From the NCBI GenBank assembly GCA_964448705.1, contig CAYUZS010000002.1, positions 49,577-113,576 of the forward strand: 64,000 bases of DNA, read 5' to 3'. Under the pieces are notes generated by a model that made no database searches, had not been told where the DNA came from, and was given only the letters and a program-made list of their open reading frames with translations. The DNA is from an uncultured Gammaproteobacteria bacterium (GTDB lineage: Bacteria > Patescibacteriota > Microgenomatia > UBA12405). Below, one piece after another: positions 36,446 to 47,043 of the stretch; positions within the stretch are counted from its first letter, which is position 1; each line of letters begins with the position of its first letter. The position numbers and the translations under genes were made by a program.

Positions 36446-37559
36446 AATGAAAATAGTTTTTTTTTCACCTTATTTTTATCCTCACTTGGGTGGCTTAGAG
36501 AACTATGTTATGGATTTTTCTGAAGAGTTGGTGAACAGTGGTCATAAAGTGACAGTGATAACTGCAAATATTCCCAAATCAAAGAAATATGAACTCAAGA
36601 ATGGAGTGAAGGTATTGAGGTTTCCAGCAGTTGAACTTGTTAGTAACTATCCCGTGCCAAATATTTTTAACAAAGATTTTTGGAATATTATTGGAAAAAT
36701 TAAAGAGGAAAAACCCGAGGCAGTATTTTCGAATACAAGATTCTTTTTAACTTCACTACTAGCACTGATGATTGCCAGAAGTATAAAAGTTAAATATTTT
36801 CATATTGAACATGGTGCAACTTTTGTTAAGTCCGGAGGGAAGATGGTTAGGTTTGTGTCATGGCTGGTTGACCAGACATTAGGAAGAGCGGTATTTAGTC
36901 TAAGTGATGGTAATATTGCTGTATCAAAAAAAGTAGTTGAGTTTGTAAATAAATTTGATAAAAGAAAAGTTGAGATAATATATAGAGGTATTGATGAAAA
37001 ATTACTTAAAGGGAAAAGAAACGTTAAGAAGAAGGATGAGAAAATTAAACTGCTCTATGTTGGGAGATTAATAAACGGAAAGGGAATTCTTGATCTAGTA
37101 AAAGCATTAAGTAATATTGATGAGAAATATGTATGTGAGATTGTTGGTCAAGGACCGCAGAAAAGAGAAATTGAAGATTTGGTAGTAAGTTTAAATTTGG
37201 GTGAAAAAATTAAATTATTGGGACAGTTGTCCCACAAGGAAGTTATAGAAAAAATGTGGGATGTTGATATCTTTGTGAATCCGAGCTATACAGAGGGCTT
37301 ACCAACAACACTTATTGAGTCAGTATATTGTGGATGTTATGTGATTGCTACTGACGTTGGTGGTACTAAAGAAGTGTTGGAATATTACAAAAGAAGTGAA
37401 TTGGTTGAGGCAAAAAATGTTGTGATGTTAACGGAGGCGATTGAGAAAGCGATAACGGCAGTGAAAAGCAGAAGTGTATTCAAAAGTGGGAAGGATGCTT
37501 TGAATAAATTTTCATGGACGAAAGGAATAGTTAAATTGGAGAAACTGTCAAATGGTTAG
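36423..37559 (+). CDS. Glycosyltransferase, GT4 family
   Basis: MKIVFFSPYFYPHLGGLENYV N-terminus and EGLPTTLIESVYCGCYVIATDVGG C-terminus. Confidence 0.8.
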   Translation: MLLKRRNRMKIVFFSPYFYPHLGGLENYVMDFSEELVNSGHKVTVITANIPKSKKYELKNGVKVLRFPAVELVSNYPVPNIFNKDFWNIIGKIKEEKPEAVFSNTRFFLTSLLALMIARSIKVKYFHIEHGATFVKSGGKMVRFVSWLVDQTLGRAVFSLSDGNIAVSKKVVEFVNKFDKRKVEIIYRGIDEKLLKGKRNVKKKDEKIKLLYVGRLINGKGILDLVKALSNIDEKYVCEIVGQGPQKREIEDLVVSLNLGEKIKLLGQLSHKEVIEKMWDVDIFVNPSYTEGLPTTLIESVYCGCYVIATDVGGTKEVLEYYKRSELVEAKNVVMLTEAIEKAITAVKSRSVFKSGKDALNKFSWTKGIVKLEKLSNG

Positions 37560-38652
37560 AAAGAAGGTTTTGCATTTAATAACCGGTCTTGGAATTGGTG
37601 GAGCTGAGAATATGTTGCTAAAGTCTCTACCTATTCTAGAAAAAGATTTTGAGAACAGGGTTTGTTCGATAATGGGAAGCAAAGAAGTTGGCTTTATATT
37701 AGAGGAGAAAGGTATAAAGGTTTATTATCTAGAATTTAAAGGATGGTGGGATATATTTGGACTTATATATCGTCTTTGGAAAGTGATTGACGATTTCAGA
37801 CCAAACTTGATGGTGACATATTTAATTCATGCAGACATTTTCGGAAGGATATTTGGAAAATTGTTTGGTGTTAAGAAAATTATTTGTTCCCAGAGAGGGA
37901 GTTTGCTTAACTGGGAATGGTTAAGGATAGTAGATAGGTTTACCAGCTTTTTAGTTGATAAGTATATTGTTCAAACGAATGTTGCAAAAAGAGAATTGGT
38001 TTTTAAATTAAAAGAAGACTCAAATAAGTTTGTGGTGGTTCCTAATGGGATTGATCTATCAGATTATAATTTTGATATTAACAAGAATAAAAAGGTTCAA
38101 GAGCTCGGAATATTTAAAGATAATTTAAATATTGTTTGTGTAAGTAATTTGAGAATTAGGAAAGGTCACGAGTATTTACTAGAGGCGTTTGACTTGCTGT
38201 ATAGAGAGACTAAAAAAATTAACTTATTAATCGTGGGAGATGGAGATCAGAAAGAAAAACTTTTGGAGCAATGTAAGGATTACAAATCGAGAAAGAATAT
38301 ATTCTTTTTAGGAAAAAGAAAAGATATAAGAGAAATATTAGCGATTTGCAACATATTTGTTTTGGCTACTGAAACTGAAGGTATGAGTAATGCAATAATG
38401 GAGGCAATGGCGAGTAAGTTGACTATAGTCACTACAGACATTGAAGTGAATAAGGAACTATTGGAAAATAAAAAAGAGGCATTATTGATATCTCCAAAGA
38501 ATGTGACAGCTTTGAAAAAAGCTGTTGAATTTTTACTAAACCATAGATCAGTATCTACAGAATTGAGTAAAAATGCATATCTTAAAGTTGAGAGGAAGTA
38601 TACAATTAATAGAATAGCTGAGCGTTTAATGAAAATTTATGCGGAAATATAA
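37552..38652 (+). CDS. Glycosyltransferase, GT4 family
   Basis: KVLHLITGLGIGGAENMLL N-terminus and EGMSNAIMEAMASKLTIVTTD C-terminus. Confidence 0.8.
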   Translation: MVRKKVLHLITGLGIGGAENMLLKSLPILEKDFENRVCSIMGSKEVGFILEEKGIKVYYLEFKGWWDIFGLIYRLWKVIDDFRPNLMVTYLIHADIFGRIFGKLFGVKKIICSQRGSLLNWEWLRIVDRFTSFLVDKYIVQTNVAKRELVFKLKEDSNKFVVVPNGIDLSDYNFDINKNKKVQELGIFKDNLNIVCVSNLRIRKGHEYLLEAFDLLYRETKKINLLIVGDGDQKEKLLEQCKDYKSRKNIFFLGKRKDIREILAICNIFVLATETEGMSNAIMEAMASKLTIVTTDIEVNKELLENKKEALLISPKNVTALKKAVEFLLNHRSVSTELSKNAYLKVERKYTINRIAERLMKIYAEI

Positions 38653-38661
38653 TAACTAATT

Positions 38662-40548
38662 ATGTGTGGTATTACTGGGAAGATATTTTTTAAAGATGGA
38701 ATAATAACTGATGATGATATTCTGAAAATGAACGATGCAATAAAGCATCGTGGACCTGATGATGGTGGGGTTTATGTTTCAACCGATAAAAAAGTTGGGT
38801 TAGGACATAGAAGGTTGTCAATTATTGATTTGTCCCCTCTCGGTCATCAGCCAATGAGTTATTTGGACAAGTATTGGATAGTTTTTAATGGGGAAATTTA
38901 TAATTACCAGGAAAGTCGTAACAAATTAGAAATGGAGGGGTATAAGTTTAACTCAATGTCTGATACTGAGGTTATAATGGCGCTGTATGATAAGTACGGA
39001 GTAAAGTGCCTGAGTTATCTACGTGGAATGTTTTCATTTGCGATCTATGATAAAGAAAAGGAAAAAGTTTTTTGTGCCAGAGATAGGGTGGGTAAAAAAC
39101 CCTTTAAATATTATTTAAACGATAAGGTATTTATTTTTGCTTCTGAGTTAAAAGCTATATTGACTCAATCGGAGTATAAGAAGGAAGTAGATTATCAAGC
39201 TATTCACCACTATTTAACATTTCAGTATGTTCCATCACCTTTAACAGGTTTTAAAGATATCTATAAACTGGAAGCTGCTCATTATTTACTCGTTGATTTA
39301 AAAACCAGAAAAATTGTAAAAAAGAAATATTGGAGTATAGATTATTCTCATAAGCTTAATTTAAGCGAAGATGCGTGGAAAAAACGTATTTTTGATAAAT
39401 TAGAAGAATCAGTTAAATTAAGAATGATATCTGATGTGCCCGTAGGTGCATTTTTGTCGGGGGGAATTGATTCAAGTGCGGTTGTAGGTATGATGAGTAA
39501 ATTATCAGATAGGCCAGTAAAAACTTTTACAATTGGATTTGAAGATAAGAAATACGACGAGACAAAGTACGCGAGTATTGTGGCAAAAAAGTTTAATACA
39601 GATCACACAGTATTTAGAGTAAAACCTGAGACTGTTGATATTTTGCCCTTGTTAGCAAATCATTACGAAGAACCATTTGCTGACAGTAGTGCTTTACCGA
39701 CCTATTACGTGTCTAAGTTGACTCGTGATAATGTAACTGTTGCTTTAAATGGAGACGGCGGTGATGAAAACTTTGGTGGTTACGAAAGATATAGTCTTCA
39801 AAAATTCAGTTTTATATATGATAATTTCCGATTATTGAACAGACTGGTAATTCCTGTAACCAGATATTTAAATAATGTATATAAGAATACTCTATTTGAT
39901 AGGGCAAATAAATTCGCATTATCAATGAATGAAGATTATAAATCGAGATATTTAAACTATATTTGTTATTTTGATAATAATGCAAAAAAGGAAATGTACA
40001 CGGATTCTTTCCTGAAGAAGGTTGTTAAAAACAATTCAGGTGATATTATTGTCAACAAATTCGATGAGTCTGGAACTAAAGATAAGATAGATCAGACTTT
40101 GTATACTGATTTTAATTCATACCTACCAGATGATTTGTTGGTAAAAGTTGATATCGCTACTATGGCGGTGGCACTTGAGGGTAGATCCCCTTTTCTTGAC
40201 CATGAGTTCTTGGAAATGACAGCAAAGATACCTTCTAATTTGAAACTTAAAGGTTTAACTGATAAAAAATATATTCTAAAGGAAGCACTTAGAGGTTTTG
40301 TTCCAAATGAAGTTATGTTTCGTCAAAAGATGGGGTTTGGAGTACCGATTGACAGTTGGTTTAGGGATGAATTATCAAAATATGTTAGTAATATCCTGCT
40401 TTCTGATAAGGCGGTTTCTCGAGGATTGTTTAAAGAAGATTATATAAGGAGATTGTTGAAGTCACATAATGAGACGAAAGTGAATCAATCATATCGGATT
40501 TGGGCACTTTTGATGTTAGAGTTGTGGTTTAGGGAGTACTTCGATTGA
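38662..40548 (+). CDS. asnB: Asparagine synthetase B-type glutamine amidotransferase (WbpS-like in glycan loci)
   Basis: MCGITG N-terminal nucleophile and SGGIDSS PP-loop. Confidence 0.85.
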   Translation: MCGITGKIFFKDGIITDDDILKMNDAIKHRGPDDGGVYVSTDKKVGLGHRRLSIIDLSPLGHQPMSYLDKYWIVFNGEIYNYQESRNKLEMEGYKFNSMSDTEVIMALYDKYGVKCLSYLRGMFSFAIYDKEKEKVFCARDRVGKKPFKYYLNDKVFIFASELKAILTQSEYKKEVDYQAIHHYLTFQYVPSPLTGFKDIYKLEAAHYLLVDLKTRKIVKKKYWSIDYSHKLNLSEDAWKKRIFDKLEESVKLRMISDVPVGAFLSGGIDSSAVVGMMSKLSDRPVKTFTIGFEDKKYDETKYASIVAKKFNTDHTVFRVKPETVDILPLLANHYEEPFADSSALPTYYVSKLTRDNVTVALNGDGGDENFGGYERYSLQKFSFIYDNFRLLNRLVIPVTRYLNNVYKNTLFDRANKFALSMNEDYKSRYLNYICYFDNNAKKEMYTDSFLKKVVKNNSGDIIVNKFDESGTKDKIDQTLYTDFNSYLPDDLLVKVDIATMAVALEGRSPFLDHEFLEMTAKIPSNLKLKGLTDKKYILKEALRGFVPNEVMFRQKMGFGVPIDSWFRDELSKYVSNILLSDKAVSRGLFKEDYIRRLLKSHNETKVNQSYRIWALLMLELWFREYFD

Positions 40549-40549
40549 T

Positions 40550-41380
40550 TTAAAGTTTTTTAAATAGAATTTCATGACAGCCTAAACCCGAGCTTGATTT
40601 TGATTTTATAGTAGCAAACCCTTTTTTACCGAAATAGTTTATTAGTTCGTCAATTGTGGCAAATTCATAAGGGTATCCTCCTAACCAATCCTGAAGATCG
40701 GTAAAGAAACTCATACCTCGGGTGTTTGAGTAGGTTTTGATATATCTGATGGGATTTCTGAGTGTAAAAATAAGACCAAAGAACCATCTGATTAAATAAA
40801 TTGCTTCCATTAGTCTTTTTCCCATAGATCCGAAATTGTTGTAAGTTTTTTTAATCGTTACCCATAAGGTTGATGATCCAAACAGAAGTGTGTTTAAACC
40901 TTGGCACTTATTGTAAATGGCAATGTATAAATAACCGTTTTTGTTACACAGTTTCGTTATGTTTTCAAAAGCCTTGTTCATGTTGCCGGTGTGGTGAAGA
41001 ACACCCCAAGAATAGACAATATCATACTTACCTAGTTTGTCTACAAACTTATTATCTAAAATAGACCCCCTTTTTGTGGTCCAGTTTTTAGGATTACCGT
41101 TGTCTCGTTGAATTTTCTTGACACATTTAATTGAACTATCATCAATGTCAACACTAATAATTTTTTTGGCTTTAAGCTTATAGGAAGCCAGAGAAAATAT
41201 TCCACTTCCACAACCAATGTCTATAAAGGTGTGATTTTTTATTTCTTTTTGTGGCAAAAACTCGGTTAGTGAAATTTTTGCTTTTTCTAATTGTTTTGGT
41301 TCAATATCTTTAATAAATTTCCACCAGTTTTTACCAAAACTGAAATGATGTTTATTTTTATAGGTTTTTTCGTACAACAT
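40550..41380 (-). CDS. Class I SAM-dependent methyltransferase
   Basis: FIDIGCGSGIFS motif I. Confidence 0.7.
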   Translation of the reverse strand: MLYEKTYKNKHHFSFGKNWWKFIKDIEPKQLEKAKISLTEFLPQKEIKNHTFIDIGCGSGIFSLASYKLKAKKIISVDIDDSSIKCVKKIQRDNGNPKNWTTKRGSILDNKFVDKLGKYDIVYSWGVLHHTGNMNKAFENITKLCNKNGYLYIAIYNKCQGLNTLLFGSSTLWVTIKKTYNNFGSMGKRLMEAIYLIRWFFGLIFTLRNPIRYIKTYSNTRGMSFFTDLQDWLGGYPYEFATIDELINYFGKKGFATIKSKSSSGLGCHEILFKKL

Positions 41381-42456
41381 TATTTTAGTATTTTTTCTAA
41401 TTTATAAATATTCTTATTAATATCATGATTTTTACAAACATAGTTAAAATTGTTTTTACCCAACTCTAAGCACAATTTTGGATTATTTATTAGCTCATTT
41501 ATTCCTATCAACATATTTTTGAATTTATTATGGAAGCTATACCCACAAATATATCTGTTTAAATAATTGTCGGGATTAACGGTTAGTGAAACAATTGGAA
41601 TTTTGGCAAGTCCGGCTTCGATAAATGTATTAGGAAAACCTTCATAGCTTGAAGTATTTATTAATAACTTTGCTTTGTTAAAATAGTTTTGAATTTCCAA
41701 AAACGGTACTTGGCTAATGATCTTTAGGTTGGTAAGGAACTTGCTTTGTCCATTTATTTTTTCCCATAATTGGTGGTCGTTATTTGGCATTATCATGACA
41801 AATTTTTCATCCGGAAAATTGCTGGCGATATCTAAAAATATTTGAGGTTGTTTAAGTTTTTGAGAAGAGCCAACCCACAAAATATAGCTTTTTTTAGTTC
41901 TCGGTTGTTTCTTAATAACATAGCTGTTTTTTATTATTACAGCGGATTTTTTGTAGGTTTTTTTTAGTAACTTTTTCTGTTCATTATTTTGAACTACAAT
42001 TGTGTTAGCTAAGCTTATACCTAGATTATAAAATATGCCTCGAATAGGGTGCAATTTTTTATATTTTCCATCGACATCAATTGTGCTTGCAGACATATAA
42101 ATAAATTTTTTGTTAAGTATTCTACTGATGATGGCGATAATACCTGTTTCTACACCGGCTGATCTCTGAATAAATACATTACTTTCTGAAATAAGTAATT
42201 CGTAGATAAATTTTGATATGAATTTTATTTGATTTAATATTTTAGGTGACAAATTACCTAGTTTGATTATTTTTATTTTCTCTATAATTTCAGTTTCGTG
42301 ATTATTATAACTAGCGGTGAGAATATCTACATCATAACCAATTTTGGATAGTTGTTTGGCTATTATGGAAAGCTGTAGTTCTGCACCGCCGAATGCACCT
42401 GGTTGTTTTTGGTTAAAAAGTGGATACGATTGAAAGGATACAAAGGTGATTTTCAT
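41380..42456 (-). CDS. Glycosyltransferase, GT4 family
   Basis: MKITFVSFQSYPLFNQKQPGAFGGAELQ N-terminus (start moved to an internal Met to avoid overlap with the upstream gene) and EGFPNTFIEAGLAKIPIVS C-terminus. Confidence 0.7.
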   Translation of the reverse strand: MKITFVSFQSYPLFNQKQPGAFGGAELQLSIIAKQLSKIGYDVDILTASYNNHETEIIEKIKIIKLGNLSPKILNQIKFISKFIYELLISESNVFIQRSAGVETGIIAIISRILNKKFIYMSASTIDVDGKYKKLHPIRGIFYNLGISLANTIVVQNNEQKKLLKKTYKKSAVIIKNSYVIKKQPRTKKSYILWVGSSQKLKQPQIFLDIASNFPDEKFVMIMPNNDHQLWEKINGQSKFLTNLKIISQVPFLEIQNYFNKAKLLINTSSYEGFPNTFIEAGLAKIPIVSLTVNPDNYLNRYICGYSFHNKFKNMLIGINELINNPKLCLELGKNNFNYVCKNHDINKNIYKLEKILK

Positions 42457-42463
42457 ATTAGTA

Positions 42464-43888
42464 TTAATTTGGACAGTATAGGTAAACACTTGGAGACTGG
42501 TCGCAGACATAATATTTACTTATGTATTCCTTAAATCTATTTCTGTTGTCCATAATGCTTTTTGGAACCACAAGTTTTAGGTCGTGGTGGATAATGAACA
42601 GATCATAAAAATAGTCATGATCATCTAAAAATGGTAGATCGGTAATTATAAAATTACCAATCAGAGGAAGTTTTTTGTCATAATAAAAAGAAACTGTTTG
42701 ACCAGTCAGGTAGATGTTGGGGTATTTTGAGATCCATTCTTCAACTTTACTGTTATCTTCGCTTGATAGTTGATTATTGTATTTGTGCATTGTTACCAGA
42801 GGGTTGTTAACTTTTGATATTGTGTAAATTAATAAAAGAGACAGAGACAATATTGAAAGCTTATCTATAAATGGTTTATTCGTGTTTTGTGTAGTTATTG
42901 ATATTGCAATCCACATTTCTATAGGAAACACTAACATCAAAAAATAATGTAAATATAATTTATCTCCTCCCAAGTATATTGAGAAAATGCCGATAAAAAT
43001 GGTAGAAACAAAAAAGATGATAAATGTTTGATAGTTTGAGTTAAGTTTAAATTTTTTAAAAGTAACTAAAAGACTTGAGAATAAACCAATTACCAAGCCA
43101 TAGATGATAGCCTTGCTGGTATATAGAAACTCGAAAATTTCTTGAGTTTTCCCGAAACTGATACCTGTATAAAATTTCTTATTATATGAATATATTCCAA
43201 GCATAAACCAACTTAGGCTGGTAGGTGAATATAAGTACGGAACGATGAAAATGAACCAGGGAGTTAAAAGACTAAAGTAAAAAAGTGAAAGCTTGGTAAG
43301 AGATTTAGTATTGATGAATATGGTGATGGAGGCTGGGATAGAAAGTAGAATATATGTTTGTTTAATCATCGATAGCCAACATATTAACAGCCCTCCATAA
43401 ATCAGATTAGGCCACTCTCTTTTACGTGTATTTAACGCAAACCATCCGTAAGTCAGCAAGAGTGGAAGTTTTAGTTGTTGCTCCGTCAATAGGTTATATT
43501 GACCTTCGATCAATTTCGAGTCACCAATAAATAATTCAAGTATTACAAATATAAGCCCTGCTAACTTACCGAAATGTTTGCTTAAGATTGCGTAACCAAT
43601 TATGTTGACCAAAACGGAAATGGTGAGTCCAATGATGCGTGCACTTAATTGGTTTCCAGTGTCGAAGACTCCGGAAATAACATGTGGAATGTACACGCCA
43701 AATGGCTTCTGATCAAAAGCATCAACGTATGGTAACTTTCCCTTAAGAATTATTTCTTTGCCGATGTATCCATGGACGACTTCATCATAAGATAATGGAA
43801 TACCAATATTATTTATTCTAGTGAATATGGTAATAAGGATTATTAGTATATAGATTAAGTTTGAGCTAAGTTTTTTTTCTATTTTCAT
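42464..43888 (-). CDS. Polytopic GT-C glycosyltransferase (PMT_2 / ArnT-like)
   Basis: First loop GIPLSYDEVVHGYIGKEI carries the D-E-x-x-[HY] motif of GT39/GT83. 12 or more TM. Confidence 0.55.
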   Translation of the reverse strand: MKIEKKLSSNLIYILIILITIFTRINNIGIPLSYDEVVHGYIGKEIILKGKLPYVDAFDQKPFGVYIPHVISGVFDTGNQLSARIIGLTISVLVNIIGYAILSKHFGKLAGLIFVILELFIGDSKLIEGQYNLLTEQQLKLPLLLTYGWFALNTRKREWPNLIYGGLLICWLSMIKQTYILLSIPASITIFINTKSLTKLSLFYFSLLTPWFIFIVPYLYSPTSLSWFMLGIYSYNKKFYTGISFGKTQEIFEFLYTSKAIIYGLVIGLFSSLLVTFKKFKLNSNYQTFIIFFVSTIFIGIFSIYLGGDKLYLHYFLMLVFPIEMWIAISITTQNTNKPFIDKLSILSLSLLLIYTISKVNNPLVTMHKYNNQLSSEDNSKVEEWISKYPNIYLTGQTVSFYYDKKLPLIGNFIITDLPFLDDHDYFYDLFIIHHDLKLVVPKSIMDNRNRFKEYISKYYVCDQSPSVYLYCPN

Positions 43889-44987
43889 TCAATAGTTTTG
43901 CGGCATTAATTTCTGAAAAAATTTTGTAAAAAGATTTGGCAGTTGAGTATTCCCTAATAGCTTTATTACGACCGGCAGAGGATATTCTGACTCTTTCGTC
44001 TTCATGCTTCAAATAGTATTCGATTTTGTTAATTGCGTCTTTAACATTTCTGTAAGTAATAACTTCTTTCCCAACCTTGTAAATCTTTTTCGTTCCTTTT
44101 GTACAATCTGTAATGAGTAAACAACCATTTGCAGGAATTTCATAGTTTCTGACATTACTTGGACCATATGATAAGTGAAAATTTATTCCAATTTTACTAT
44201 TTTGATAATACTGAACTAGTTTTTTGTTTGACTTAATGGATTCAATATGGCCAATGCCATACATCTTTTTTATGAGTTTTAATATTACAGTTTTAAGATA
44301 GTTATCAGACTCGTTCCACCCCTTACCAAAAAACAACATTCTGTTACCAAAGTGTCTTTTAAGTCGAAAAATCCTAAACGTCTTTGATAGAAAACACGAA
44401 CCAACATAAATTAAATCGTACTGTCTTTTTTGTTGTGGTTTTGATAGTTTTCTGTATTTATTAATATTGAATCCAATGGGAATAAATTTAGATTTTTTAG
44501 CACCCCATGTTATATATTTTTGGGAAATTGTGGTGTGACTGTCATAATAAATTCCACCACAAAACGCATAATCATAGTCCTTGACATAGTATTTAGATGT
44601 TTCTTCGGCACCTTCCGGGTCATCAGCGAAATAGCAGGCGCAGTAGCTGACATTTCTAAGTGAGGTTATGAATTCTGAAGACCATGGGTATCCGCTGCCT
44701 AGAAATAAACAGAGGTCAATTTTGTATTTCTTTACGTAATCATGTATATATTTATATTCTCTAAGCACCGACTTTTTATGAGTTATAACCAAATGACTTT
44801 TATACGATCCCCGACCGGCTAGAATGAATTGGTTGGAAGTCTTATATAAGTGAACTTCAATTTGGTTATATTTAGCAATGGAGTTTAGTACCTCCTGTTT
44901 GTCAAGCTGTCCTCCAAATGATCCCTTATAAAAAATAACGACCTTTTTAATAGTTTTTTGCTGATTGTTTGTTATTTCAAAGATCAT
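43866..44987 (-). CDS. CgeB-like putative glycosyltransferase
   Basis: YDLIYVGS and C-terminal RISSAGRNKAIREYSTAKSF resemble CgeB/DUF3880-Glyco_trans_1_2 proteins. Low-confidence family call. Confidence 0.4.
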   Translation of the reverse strand: MIFEITNNQQKTIKKVVIFYKGSFGGQLDKQEVLNSIAKYNQIEVHLYKTSNQFILAGRGSYKSHLVITHKKSVLREYKYIHDYVKKYKIDLCLFLGSGYPWSSEFITSLRNVSYCACYFADDPEGAEETSKYYVKDYDYAFCGGIYYDSHTTISQKYITWGAKKSKFIPIGFNINKYRKLSKPQQKRQYDLIYVGSCFLSKTFRIFRLKRHFGNRMLFFGKGWNESDNYLKTVILKLIKKMYGIGHIESIKSNKKLVQYYQNSKIGINFHLSYGPSNVRNYEIPANGCLLITDCTKGTKKIYKVGKEVITYRNVKDAINKIEYYLKHEDERVRISSAGRNKAIREYSTAKSFYKIFSEINAAKLLNENRKKT

Positions 44988-46284
44988 TCTGTACTTTATG
45001 CTGCATATAATCTGATTTTATCTGTTTGTTGGCATAGAATATGGCCGCCAAATAGATAGCTATTTGAGAGATAACATAAAAAGCTATGTTTTTGGTAATG
45101 ACAATCATAATGATAAATGTAAAAGGAATTATGGTACTTATAACAGATATCCTTTTAGCGTGATTTATTAGTAATATGTAGGCTAGTATTGACCAACAAA
45201 TGTTTAGATACGAAGAAAACGTAAATATCAGTGAGTAGAGATTGCTGTGTTGGTATGCTGACCCAAACAAAAGAATAAATAAGTTGACGGCGGCATATAT
45301 CGAAAATAACCAGACAGGACTTAGTTGGAAAAGTATTTTTTTTATTTTGATGATTGATGAGTAGAAGTTGCTTTTCTCCTGGATGAGGTACGGCCAATAG
45401 GCGTTCATAAATATAATCGTGAGAGTGGATAGGATGGATTGTGAAACGGCGTAGTAGGCACTAAATATTCCAAGTTTCTCTAACCCCATAAAATGTCCAA
45501 TAGTAAACTTTTCAAAACCGAGTAGGACACTTCCGATCAAACTAAGCAATAATATTTTGTTGTAATTAGCAAGAGTTTTTATTTCTTTCCTTGGGAAATT
45601 AAGATGCTTTAAGGGTAATTTGCCGGTGGTGAAAGACATTAGAAAAAAGCTAAGATAGCTAAGAATCAGAATGTGGATTAGATATTGATAATCAAAAGAT
45701 ATCTTTAGAAAAAGTGGTACAAGTAGAAACAAAAGTACAAGCGTCGACTCCACTATTTTGGCAACTGATTGGGCTTTAAACAAAAGGAAAGACTTTAGTA
45801 TAGAGTCAGAAAGAGACTTGTAAGCAATAAAGATGCCGGCTATTAGGGAGAGTATTAGATCGGATTTTTGTAGGGAGATTTTTCCTAACCATAGCTTTGA
45901 GGTCAAAAAGCCAATGGCGAAAACTATTGCTAGATTAATGGTAGAAATAATTATTGAAGCCCAAAAATATCTGTTTTTTGATGTTTCGTTGTCTGAATCT
46001 GAGGCGAATCTGGTAAGTCCGATATTAGTACCCAGAAGAATTAATAAAGAAAAAGTTGTTCCTAAGGAAATAATCGAGTTATATTTTCCAAACTGAAAAG
46101 GACCAAGTTTATTACCGATTGTTGTGGTAAAAATAAACATTATAATGGCAGAAAACAGTCCACCTATAAATGACCAGGTTAGGTAGTTAAACAATTTTTT
46201 TGCGTTTGAACCGATTTGGTGACCAAAGAACTTGGTATAGATGTTGTCTAATATACTAATCGTGTTGACAGGAAAAATGCTCAT
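44977..46284 (-). CDS. Wzx-like polysaccharide flippase (MOP superfamily)
   Basis: 435 aa, about 12 TM, typical Polysacc_synt topology. Sits within the glycan locus. Confidence 0.5.
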   Translation of the reverse strand: MSIFPVNTISILDNIYTKFFGHQIGSNAKKLFNYLTWSFIGGLFSAIIMFIFTTTIGNKLGPFQFGKYNSIISLGTTFSLLILLGTNIGLTRFASDSDNETSKNRYFWASIIISTINLAIVFAIGFLTSKLWLGKISLQKSDLILSLIAGIFIAYKSLSDSILKSFLLFKAQSVAKIVESTLVLLFLLVPLFLKISFDYQYLIHILILSYLSFFLMSFTTGKLPLKHLNFPRKEIKTLANYNKILLLSLIGSVLLGFEKFTIGHFMGLEKLGIFSAYYAVSQSILSTLTIIFMNAYWPYLIQEKSNFYSSIIKIKKILFQLSPVWLFSIYAAVNLFILLFGSAYQHSNLYSLIFTFSSYLNICWSILAYILLINHAKRISVISTIIPFTFIIMIVITKNIAFYVISQIAIYLAAIFYANKQIKSDYMQHKVQNDL

Positions 46285-46973
46285 TTAGTTTTTTTTGCTA
46301 ATAGTATAATTTGTTCGCCGAGGTTGATGTTAAATAAATGAATGAAGGGTATTGGTATCAACGTTTTAGTGGTTGGGAAATAGGCCTGATTGGTGGTAGC
46401 AGTGACAATCCTTAAATGTTTCTTTTTTAGAAAGATCGATAATTTTTGGAAATTAAGTATTTGGATATGGGTTGGATCGAATGATGAAGTTGTAGGTGTA
46501 TAACCGGCGAGTACCCTGATTCGTGAAGATAATGAACAAATATTTGGTGTTGATATTAAAAAGTATCCTTTTGGTTTCAAGACTCGACATATCTCGGCTA
46601 GATATAAGTCAATATTTTTTATATGTTCAACAACTTCGCTGGAAATAACGAAGTCAAAGTAGTTTTTTTTGTAAGGGAGTGGTGTCGTTTCGATGTCTAT
46701 TAGATGAGTGGTAATATGGCTTCTTTTTGCTATCTCTATGGCTTTAGAGGAAATATCAACAAGGTGAAGATTGGATTTTGGGAAGTAAAACCTGGATTTG
46801 TCTCCGGTACCGCCGCCAACATCAAGTACTTTTTTTAGGGGGTCGTCGTAGTGCTTGGTTATTTCTTTTACAGTGGTGATAAGTGACTGGACATTATGAC
46901 AGTAGGAACTAATATTTAAAGTGGTTTTAACGGTTGATGTAAAATATTTGTTCCAATGTTCCTGTTGATTCAT
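46281..46973 (-). CDS. Class I SAM-dependent methyltransferase
   Basis: KVLDVGGGTGDKS motif I and VISSEVVEHI post-I. Confidence 0.75.
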   Translation of the reverse strand: MNQQEHWNKYFTSTVKTTLNISSYCHNVQSLITTVKEITKHYDDPLKKVLDVGGGTGDKSRFYFPKSNLHLVDISSKAIEIAKRSHITTHLIDIETTPLPYKKNYFDFVISSEVVEHIKNIDLYLAEICRVLKPKGYFLISTPNICSLSSRIRVLAGYTPTTSSFDPTHIQILNFQKLSIFLKKKHLRIVTATTNQAYFPTTKTLIPIPFIHLFNINLGEQIILLAKKTK

Positions 46974-47043
46974 CTTGTGCTCCTGAATTGTAAAGTAAGT
47001 ATATCATTGAGAAGACACGGTAATTTGAATATACTTAGGGGAG